From positions 1-62,609 of IMG/VR virus record IMGVR_UViG_3300044691_000253: a stretch of 62,609 nucleotides of DNA. One strand, 5' to 3'. The notes under the pieces are model-generated. The model was not told the DNA's origin and did no database searches. It worked only from the letters and a program-made list of their open reading frames with translations. The stretch comes from a virus. Taxonomy: Duplodnaviria > Caudoviricetes. Below are positions 18,670-25,855 of this stretch, one piece after another. Position 1 is the first letter of the stretch, and each line of letters starts with the position of its first letter. The translations under genes were made by a program, and so were the position numbers.

Positions 18670-18968
18670 GCCTCTGGATGAAACCGAAATATTTCGGCGA
18701 CGCTGTTCGTGGCAAGCTACTCAAGCGCGGTACCGGGCGCGGTACCGAGCTTGGCGGCATCCGGATCGAGCAGTACGAGGCCATCGTGCGCGTCGCGGCG
18801 TTCCTTCCGAGGCTGACCAAGGAACGGCACTTCCTGCACGCCGAACCGGCCGACGAGTTATTTGATAAGTGGCTCGGCGAGGCCTACGAGGCGGGCTGGC
18901 AAAACGTGCTGGAAGATACGCCCGGCGACGAGTTGACCATCGACTGGAGCACAGGAGGGCGCGGGTGA
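18666..18968 (+). CDS. hypothetical protein
   Basis: ATGA overlap; AYEAGW motif. Confidence 0.55.
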   Translation: MSLWMKPKYFGDAVRGKLLKRGTGRGTELGGIRIEQYEAIVRVAAFLPRLTKERHFLHAEPADELFDKWLGEAYEAGWQNVLEDTPGDELTIDWSTGGRG

Positions 18969-19234
18969 TGGCTGATCTTCTGAAAGCGGGCGCACGCAAA
19001 CCGCGCATCCTCAAGGGCGTATGCTACACCGGCAACAACTACGACAGCAACGAAGCGCACGAGCCCGGCGTCATGCCCGGGATGTGCTACGAATTGACCG
19101 TGGACGGCAGCGACGCCCGCTACACGGCACGCCTGACCGAGGTCGAGATGCTACACACAATTCAGGAATGGTTGACAAAGTTCAACGCGCATCAGGCGCA
19201 TCAGCGGAGGAAAAATGTCGAACGCAAATCTTGA
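18968..19234 (+). CDS. hypothetical protein
   Basis: GGAGG RBS, TGATG overlap. Confidence 0.55.
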   Translation: MADLLKAGARKPRILKGVCYTGNNYDSNEAHEPGVMPGMCYELTVDGSDARYTARLTEVEMLHTIQEWLTKFNAHQAHQRRKNVERKS

Positions 19235-19511
19235 AGAGACGATCCGCGATCTCGCGGCGCGTGGCGAGCTAAGTCACATATCGTTGTCGCCGTCGCAAAA
19301 CGGAAAGCTCTGGCGCGCATCGTTCACAATGTGCTCGAAGTTCGGCGTCAGTTTCGGCGAGGACGAGGACCCGATCAAAGCCTTGATGCTCGCATGCACG
19401 ACGGCGAAGATGGCGCCGAGGCACGTCGGGAAGCACTCGCCGATCATCGATCACAACCCGCACGAGGTCAGCGCTCCCCCGGTGACCGAGGATGTCGAAG
19501 ACCTGATGTAG
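19215..19511 (+). CDS. hypothetical protein ending EDVEDLM
   Basis: GGAGG RBS; shared C-terminal motif. Confidence 0.65.
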   Translation: MSNANLEETIRDLAARGELSHISLSPSQNGKLWRASFTMCSKFGVSFGEDEDPIKALMLACTTAKMAPRHVGKHSPIIDHNPHEVSAPPVTEDVEDLM

Positions 19512-19548
19512 GATGCTAGTTGTTCGGATGTCGCGTCTGGGGTATTCT
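19511..19548 (+). promoter_or_regulatory. putative late promoter TGCTAG-N23-TAnnnT
   Basis: GGATGCTAGTTGTTC-N17-TATTCT; same geometry at four other sites. Confidence 0.75.
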
Positions 19549-19580
19549 CTGCCCCAGATTTGACATCCGGGAGGCCGATC

Positions 19581-19820
19581 ATGGCCAAGCTCACTGCCAA
19601 GAAGCGCGACGCGCTGCCCAAGGGGAAGTTCGCGCTCCCCGGCAAGATGGGCAAGCCCGGGAAATACCCGGTCGAAGACAAGGCCCACGCGGCCGACGCG
19701 AAGGGCCGTGCGACCCAGATGGTCGCCAAGGGCAAGCTATCCCCCGCGCAGGCGTCGAAGATCAAGCACAAGGCCGACGCTGTCCTCGGGAAACACGATT
19801 GCTCTTACCACAACGCCTGA
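19581..19820 (+). CDS. DUF6582-like small basic protein
   Basis: LTAKKRDALP..KFALPG...KYPVEDKAHA..A..RA.Q. Confidence 0.75.
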   Translation: MAKLTAKKRDALPKGKFALPGKMGKPGKYPVEDKAHAADAKGRATQMVAKGKLSPAQASKIKHKADAVLGKHDCSYHNA

Positions 19821-19846
19821 CCGCACAAGCTCAAAGGATTAGATCG

Positions 19847-20224
19847 ATGAAAGACCCATTGGGACACGGCAGCAATGCCGGAGCGCACGCCGCGGGCACC
19901 GTAAGCACGCCGAAGCTACAGCGTCGCCACTTCGAGGCGATTGCCGCGGACTTGAAGGCCAAGAACGCCTCGCCGGACGAAGTCAAGGCGATGGCCGACA
20001 AGCTCGCCACGACCAATCCCGGCTTCCGGCGCGATTTCTTCGTTGCTGCTGCGACCGGCGGCGATTATCGTTTCAAAGGACCGGGCAAAAATTCGGCAGC
20101 CGTGCAGAAGAAAGTGTCCAAATTGACCCCGGTGCAGTCAGAGAACGCGCCGTTCCATTCGCGGCTCGGCAAAGCAGCGGGGCACTCGTACCTTGATCCC
20201 CACGATCCGAGGGCAAAACGATGA
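19847..20224 (+). CDS. MKDPLGHGSN-tagged protein 1
   Basis: AAGGA RBS; tag followed by RRHFEAIA...NPGFRRDFF domain. Confidence 0.8.
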   Translation: MKDPLGHGSNAGAHAAGTVSTPKLQRRHFEAIAADLKAKNASPDEVKAMADKLATTNPGFRRDFFVAAATGGDYRFKGPGKNSAAVQKKVSKLTPVQSENAPFHSRLGKAAGHSYLDPHDPRAKR

Positions 20225-20544
20225 AGGACGCGCTCGGACATGGAAGCAATGCGACCGGCGCTGCCGCGCTCGCCAGCGGGCCGAAGTCAGCGCCCGTACC
20301 CGTTCACTCGGCGATGGCCAACGTCATCCCGGACAAGGCGTGGCGGCTGACGATGCCGCTTTCGAACTACACCGGACAGGTTCAAGACATGCTCGGCATG
20401 TGGGCCGGTACTCAGACCCCAACGAAGCTAACCGCCGCTGAGACCAAGCAAGTCAGCGACGCATACGAGAGTGGCTTTCGGGACTGGCGAACCTTGGCGG
20501 GCAACCTACATTCACAGCGCCACGCCTCCGGGGCACCCCACTGA
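20221..20544 (+). CDS. MKDALGHGSN-tagged protein 2
   Basis: ATGA overlap; tag plus LASGPKSAPVPVHSAM. Confidence 0.8.
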   Translation: MKDALGHGSNATGAAALASGPKSAPVPVHSAMANVIPDKAWRLTMPLSNYTGQVQDMLGMWAGTQTPTKLTAAETKQVSDAYESGFRDWRTLAGNLHSQRHASGAPH

Positions 20545-20561
20545 GATGAAGGGTACCCAAG

Positions 20562-20744
20562 ATGGCCCGCAAGAAAAAGACGGCGAAAGAAATCAGTGAC
20601 GAAGTCGCGGCGGATGCACTACGCGGAGGCGGCCAGTCTGGCCCGATGCCTACGCATCCTGCAATGGCGACGACCGATCCCGACGCCGACGCAACCGATG
20701 CCGCTCAAGACGACGGCGACTTTGACGAGGATAGAACCCAATGA
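20562..20744 (+). CDS. small basic/acidic disordered protein
   Basis: RBS; PMPTHPAM motif. Confidence 0.65.
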   Translation: MARKKKTAKEISDEVAADALRGGGQSGPMPTHPAMATTDPDADATDAAQDDGDFDEDRTQ

Positions 20745-21136
20745 AGGACGCAAAAGGCCACGGTAGCAACACGGGCACGCAAGGCATGCGGCTCGTGAAG
20801 ACGCATGTGCTTGGTCCGCACTCGGCGAAGGTCTACAACAACCCGGAGTGGGGCGAGAAGGTCGTCAAGACTTTCCGCGACGGCGTCTATCAGCCGAAGA
20901 ACGATTATCACACTGACGACCTCGCCGACGCGCACGGCACCGCGATGTCGCAATTGAACCGCTGGAGCGATCAGGGTGCCAAGGCATCCCTTGCGAGCGG
21001 CCCGAAGTCGGCCCCGGCCCCTGTCCATGACAGTATGGCTGGCGGACACGGAAGTGACTGGAGCACCGGCCCAGCAAGGCAGTCGCAGCCGCAGCCGCAG
21101 GATGCATGGAGCAAAACCCCGGGCGGCGACCGATAA
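20741..21136 (+). CDS. MKDAKGHGSN-tagged protein 3
   Basis: Tag, then KVY..PEWGE..V...DYHTDD..DA..TA domain, then LASGPKSAPAPVHDSM. Confidence 0.8.
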   Translation: MKDAKGHGSNTGTQGMRLVKTHVLGPHSAKVYNNPEWGEKVVKTFRDGVYQPKNDYHTDDLADAHGTAMSQLNRWSDQGAKASLASGPKSAPAPVHDSMAGGHGSDWSTGPARQSQPQPQDAWSKTPGGDR

Positions 21137-21361
21137 GTGGCGCAGAGATTTCCAAAGCACTCGCACACGACCGGCGTCTCGATCTTGGTGCCACATTCGA
21201 AATTTACTCCAACGCCGACGATGTCGCCGTTGGAGATCGCGTTTCATAAAGGCCGCGAGGCGAAGCGTCTCGGGCGACCGGCGGATAATCCGCACAGCGA
21301 GTTTCTTTTGCCCAACGATGGGGCGCTCGCATCGGAGTGGGACAGAGGATACAATTTATGA
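21137..21361 (+). CDS. hypothetical protein
   Basis: AFHKGREA...NPH...EWDRGY (RMF-like spacing); fills the operon exactly. Confidence 0.55.
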   Translation: MAQRFPKHSHTTGVSILVPHSKFTPTPTMSPLEIAFHKGREAKRLGRPADNPHSEFLLPNDGALASEWDRGYNL

Positions 21362-21594
21362 AAGACCCATTAGGACACGGCAGCAATGGCAAGGGCGCGT
21401 TCGGCCCGGCCAAGCATCAGTTCAAGGTCGAGAAGCACATCGCTTTTCACGGCTTGACCGCCGCGGGCCAGAAGGTCACCACCACTGGCAACGTCTGGCA
21501 GAAGGTCGGCGCGAGCGGGCGCCGCGCTGTCGCGGAGAAGCTCGCGCTCTTCGAACGCATGGACAACAAAAACTCACGTGTGAGGATCAAATAA
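21358..21594 (+). CDS. MKDPLGHGSN-tagged protein 4
   Basis: GAGGA RBS, ATGA overlap. Confidence 0.8.
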   Translation: MKDPLGHGSNGKGAFGPAKHQFKVEKHIAFHGLTAAGQKVTTTGNVWQKVGASGRRAVAEKLALFERMDNKNSRVRIK

Positions 21595-21846
21595 ATGAAC
21601 ACCGCCGTTATCCCATCGGTCATCGCTCTCGCCGTCGTCGCGGCTCTTTCGTATCTTCACACATCCCCTGTTGCTGAGGCCCCTGTCCCGGAGCCCGCGG
21701 TCGTGATCCCCGCGCCGCCGACGCTGCCGACGAAGCCGACGATGCCGCCGGAGCCATTCGCGTATGCGGGGGCTGTTCTCCCGGCCTACGTCCCGACACC
21801 CAAACCTCATCCGCGACATCGGCACGCGAAAGTGTGGACGAAATGA
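21595..21846 (+). CDS. membrane-anchored Pro-rich protein
   Basis: N-terminal TM, Pro-rich tail. Confidence 0.6.
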   Translation: MNTAVIPSVIALAVVAALSYLHTSPVAEAPVPEPAVVIPAPPTLPTKPTMPPEPFAYAGAVLPAYVPTPKPHPRHRHAKVWTK

Positions 21847-22289
21847 AGGATGCACTCGGTCACGGCAGCAACGCGCACAACGCGGGCATCGCGAGCCTCG
21901 GCAAGAAGCTTGCGGTCTCGTCGAAGGTCATCAAGGTCGTCAAGAAAAATCCTTACGGCTTCTCGGTAAAACCACAGACCGGCGTGCAGCCCAAAGACGG
22001 CTATATGGTTTCACTGCCCGGACACTCGTTGATCCTCGATCCCAGCCATGTCACGCCCGACACGGTTTCGAGGTACGCGCAGACGTATGCGGACAAGTTC
22101 GCGGACCCGAAGGCGCATATCGGCGGATGGACAGACGGCAACACCGGCCTCACGCATCTTGACGTGTCGCACAACATCATGAGCAGGAGCGCAGCGGTCA
22201 AAGCCGGACGCGCAAATAACCAGATCAAAATCTGGGACGTGAAGCGCAAACGCGAGATCGACACTGGAGGGACCGGCGATGTTCACTAA
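21843..22289 (+). CDS. MKDALGHGSN-tagged protein 5
   Basis: Tag plus GF....G..P.DGYMVS...IGGW.D...G..HLDVS...A...G....Q..IWD domain. Confidence 0.8.
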   Translation: MKDALGHGSNAHNAGIASLGKKLAVSSKVIKVVKKNPYGFSVKPQTGVQPKDGYMVSLPGHSLILDPSHVTPDTVSRYAQTYADKFADPKAHIGGWTDGNTGLTHLDVSHNIMSRSAAVKAGRANNQIKIWDVKRKREIDTGGTGDVH

Positions 22290-22461
22290 AGGGGGACCAA
22301 CTGATGAAGACGCCGCAAAAACGTTGGCGAACGGCCATCCTAAAAGCCAGCCTCCGACCATTCATCAAAGCAGTGAAGTCCTACAAGGCAGTCCGGGCTC
22401 GGGCGAGGCTCCGGGCGCAGACGGACCGCCTACGACGGGCGCGGTATTAGGCCTCGGTTAG
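22279..22461 (+). CDS. small disordered protein
   Basis: GGAGG RBS; LANGHPKSQPPTIH resembles LASGPKSAPVPVH. Confidence 0.65.
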   Translation: MFTKGGPTDEDAAKTLANGHPKSQPPTIHQSSEVLQGSPGSGEAPGADGPPTTGAVLGLG

Positions 22462-22470
22462 CCCCAATGA

Positions 22471-22508
22471 GGATGCTAGTTGTTTGACGCCGTCAAGCCC
22501 TGTAAGCT
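22471..22508 (+). promoter_or_regulatory. putative late promoter
   Basis: GGATGCTAGTTGTTT-N17-TAAGCT. Confidence 0.75.
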
Positions 22509-22545
22509 TGGCGGCGAAATCACATCTGTGCGCGAGGGCTATATC

Positions 22546-22863
22546 ATGGTTGCAACTCATCTCGGCATGTCCGATCAGACTTCGACCAACATCGCCCGCG
22601 ATGGCGCGCCGAAGAAGACCCAGACGAACTTCCCGGTCAAGGAAGGCATGAAAAATCAGGTCACGGCCCTGAGCGGCGTCAGCCCGGCGAACCCGGGCGT
22701 CGGCCCCGACGCGGACCCGGCGAACCCGCTGAGCCCGTCTGCGAAGCTCAAGAAATTCCCCGATGCCCCCACCGCGTGGGGCATGAAGGATGCGCATGGC
22801 CAGTCGGCCAACGGCGACATCGGTCACAAGGTGCTCGCGGAGGCCGCGAACCTCGGGCGGTAA
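22546..22863 (+). CDS. small disordered protein with GM[SK][DN] repeats
   Basis: HLGMSDQ, KEGMKNQ, AWGMKDAHG. Confidence 0.7.
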   Translation: MVATHLGMSDQTSTNIARDGAPKKTQTNFPVKEGMKNQVTALSGVSPANPGVGPDADPANPLSPSAKLKKFPDAPTAWGMKDAHGQSANGDIGHKVLAEAANLGR

Positions 22864-22865
22864 AA

Positions 22866-23003
22866 ATGCTGATCATCAAGGTCATCAACCTCTGCTTTTT
22901 GGCCTTGATCTTCGCGATGCCAATTATGTATCCCAACGTTGAGGTGCGGGAGTATCCCAACGGACCCAAACTTCCACGAGAGGGAGATGAAGATGGTCGA
23001 TGA
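22866..23003 (+). CDS. small membrane protein
   Basis: One hydrophobic helix. Confidence 0.4.
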   Translation: MLIIKVINLCFLALIFAMPIMYPNVEVREYPNGPKLPREGDEDGR

Positions 23004-23286
23004 AGTATTTGTCGCCTCGCGCGAGAAGGCCGAGAATGCATACGGCCAGAACGGTTATCAGGGACCGTCGAGCGACCTTCCCGGACAGAGCACGCGGATG
23101 GCCCGCGACTTCGGTCTCGCGGCCGATCCGACTGCAAGCGCAGGCGACTGGCAGACCCGCAAGGTCGATGCCACGCCCATCGCGACGCACCCCGGCATGA
23201 AGGCCCGCGACAGCAAGATTGATTTCCCGACGAGCAACGCCCACCGCGCGACCAAGCAGGCCGCACCGGGATCGTTTCAGCGCTAA
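22993..23286 (+). CDS. small disordered protein
   Basis: GGAG RBS; PIATHPGMK. Confidence 0.7.
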   Translation: MVDEVFVASREKAENAYGQNGYQGPSSDLPGQSTRMARDFGLAADPTASAGDWQTRKVDATPIATHPGMKARDSKIDFPTSNAHRATKQAAPGSFQR

Positions 23287-23295
23287 AAATACGTC

Positions 23296-23324
23296 AACGC
23301 GCATAATCTGAGATTATGCGCGTT
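23296..23324. repeat. perfect 14-bp inverted repeat upstream of terS
   Basis: AACGCGCATAATCT-G-AGATTATGCGCGTT. Confidence 0.9.
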
Positions 23325-23396
23325 TCCGTATAGGAGACCGCGGCGCCGCATGTGCGCGCCCCATCGACATGGTCGATGCTACTGGAGGATACCCGC

Positions 23397-24197
23397 ATGA
23401 GCGGCGATGCAGAGCTTGATGATTTGCTTGGCCCAGACCCGGCAGAGACCGAAGAGAAACTAGTTGACGAAGCACCGCCCCTCGATACCTCGGGCAAAGC
23501 CGTCCTAGCCCGCTCGCGCAGCTACCCGGTCAATCGCGCAGCGAAGAAAAACACCCCAGAGAATTTACGCCGAGCCCTATCCTACGTCGCCGAAGTCCCG
23601 GTCGGCGCGGATGTTGCGCGTCGCATGGGCATCAGCTACACGACGTTGAAGTATTGGCTCCAGAAATCGTTCGAAGGCGCACCGGGAGATGGCTTCGACA
23701 TCGTCATGGGCGACGACGATGAGAACGGCACCGAAGACAACACCGTGCGCTTCCATGAGGCGTGGGACGTGGCGATGATGGCAGGCGTCGAGCGCGTCGA
23801 GGTCGCGACGATCCGGCGCGCGACGGGCTACGACGAGGTGCTGACCTATCAGGGTCGCGTGCAGTATAAATATGATCCGCAGAAACTCGCGGATGCGCGC
23901 GATCTCGGCCTGCCCGAGTACGTGCCCGAGAATTATCTGCTCGATCAGTATAGAGCCCCTGTCCCGGAGACTGTCTACAAGATGGACCCGGACCTCGCGA
24001 TGTTCATCCTCAAGAGCCGCAAGCCGCAAGTCTACGGCGCGAAGGCCAGCTTGGACGTGAACGTCAAGGGCGGCGTGCTCGTCGTCGGCATGCGCGCGGT
24101 CACCTCCGAAGCGCTCAATGAACTCGAAGACAAATACCGCAAAGAGGGTCGGCCCGCCGTCACGTTTGAAGAAGGTGACGACGAGGAAGGCAAGTAA
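23397..24197 (+). CDS. terS: terminase small subunit
   Basis: HTH (VARRMGISYTTLKYW), RRATGY, DPDLAMFILKSRKPQVY; directly upstream of terL. Confidence 0.75.
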   Translation: MSGDAELDDLLGPDPAETEEKLVDEAPPLDTSGKAVLARSRSYPVNRAAKKNTPENLRRALSYVAEVPVGADVARRMGISYTTLKYWLQKSFEGAPGDGFDIVMGDDDENGTEDNTVRFHEAWDVAMMAGVERVEVATIRRATGYDEVLTYQGRVQYKYDPQKLADARDLGLPEYVPENYLLDQYRAPVPETVYKMDPDLAMFILKSRKPQVYGAKASLDVNVKGGVLVVGMRAVTSEALNELEDKYRKEGRPAVTFEEGDDEEGK

Positions 24198-25783
24198 TGG
24201 GCTGGCCCTCCGTAGCCAAATTCGTGCGCGAAGGGCCGGAGTACGTCCCCTACGTGCTCGACGACAACAACATGCTCCGCAAAGTCGCGTGGGCACCGCA
24301 GCCGGGCTCGCAGGAATTTTTCCTCGCGGACCCGACAATCGAAGTGCTGTACGAAGGCACGCGCGGCCCGGGCAAGACCGACGCGCTGATCATGGACTTC
24401 TGTCAGGAAGTCGGCAAGGGCTGGGGCGCGGAGTGGAAGGGCATCCTCTTCCGTCAGTCGCATCCGCAGTTGCGCGACGTGATCGAGAAGTCGAAGAAAT
24501 GGATCAAGCGCATCTGGCCGGAGGCCATATACAACGAAGTCAAGACGATGTGGGAGTGGCCTACGGGCGAGCGCCTGTACTTCGCCCACTTCAATGTGCC
24601 CTCGCAATACAGCGACTATCACGGCCACGCCTATCCGTGGATTGGCTGGGAAGAGTTGACGACGTGGGCGACGCCAGACTGCTACAAGGTCATGTTCTCA
24701 TGCTCGCGTTCGACCATGAAAGGGATGCCGCGTAAAATCCGCGCGACGACCAACCCCTACGGCGTCGGCCATAACTGGGTCAAGGCGCGCTGGCGTCTGC
24801 CGATCAACGGCGAGACGATCGACGGGCGCAAGCCGACAGTCGGCCCCCTCATCACGGACAGCGTTGACGCGGCAGGCAATGCAGAGCCGCCGCGCCGCGC
24901 CATCCATGGCTATCTCGACGAGAACGTCCTCTTGTTGCACGCCGACCCCGGATACAAGGGGCGCATCAAGGCGGCGGCCCGTAATGCATCCGAACTCGCC
25001 GCATGGATGGACGGCTCGTGGGACATCGTCGCGGGCGGCATGTTCGATGACATCTGGTATGAATACCGCAACACGATTGTGATGGAGCCCTTCGACATCC
25101 CGGCGGGCTGGAAAATCTATCGCGCCTACGATCACGGATCATCGAAGCCGTTCTCGGTCGGCTGGTACGCCGTCAGTGACGGGACCGACTTGAAGCTCCG
25201 CGATGGTCGCACGCGCGCGACTGTTCGGGGCGACAGGTTTCGCTTCAAGGAATGGTACGGCTGGCGCGGACAGGCGAATGAGGGCTCACGAATGCTCGTC
25301 GCCGACATCTCGAAGGGCATCATTGAACGCGAGATCAAATGGGGCTTGCGCGCAGCCGATGCGTCGTGGACCCGCGTCAGCCGAGGACCGGCCGACAGTT
25401 CGATTTTCGACGACAACACCAATGGCAGCGATGTGTCCATCGCGACGGACTTCGAGAAGCCGATCACGATCAACGGCGTCAAGCACCGTGGCGTATTTTG
25501 GGAGAAGGCGGACAAAGGACCGGGCTCACGCGAGCAGGGCTGGGAGCAAATCCGGAAATGCCTCAAGGCGACTAAACGACCGCCCGGCGGCTTCCGAGAA
25601 ATCCCCGGCCTCTTCGTCACCACCGAATGCGCGCATTGGCTTCGTTGCGTGCCAGTTCTTCCGCGTGACGAGTTGAAGATCGATGACGTGGACGACGAGA
25701 GCGAAGACCATAACGGCGACGAGACCCGCTACATGCTTCGCTTCGAAATTAGAACGATGAAGACCGGCCGCGTAGGCGCGTAA
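24197..25783 (+). CDS. terL: terminase large subunit
   Basis: PQPGSQ, Walker A GTRGPGKT, Walker B WIGWEEL, ATTNP, nuclease YDHG...PADS...EDH..DETRY. Confidence 0.95.
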   Translation: MGWPSVAKFVREGPEYVPYVLDDNNMLRKVAWAPQPGSQEFFLADPTIEVLYEGTRGPGKTDALIMDFCQEVGKGWGAEWKGILFRQSHPQLRDVIEKSKKWIKRIWPEAIYNEVKTMWEWPTGERLYFAHFNVPSQYSDYHGHAYPWIGWEELTTWATPDCYKVMFSCSRSTMKGMPRKIRATTNPYGVGHNWVKARWRLPINGETIDGRKPTVGPLITDSVDAAGNAEPPRRAIHGYLDENVLLLHADPGYKGRIKAAARNASELAAWMDGSWDIVAGGMFDDIWYEYRNTIVMEPFDIPAGWKIYRAYDHGSSKPFSVGWYAVSDGTDLKLRDGRTRATVRGDRFRFKEWYGWRGQANEGSRMLVADISKGIIEREIKWGLRAADASWTRVSRGPADSSIFDDNTNGSDVSIATDFEKPITINGVKHRGVFWEKADKGPGSREQGWEQIRKCLKATKRPPGGFREIPGLFVTTECAHWLRCVPVLPRDELKIDDVDDESEDHNGDETRYMLRFEIRTMKTGRVGA

Positions 25784-25855
25784 ATATTGTCAAGGTCTAT
25801 TTACAAACAGGGTTAATTCGTGCTACGGAGCCCGGACCCCCAGATAGGATCAATC

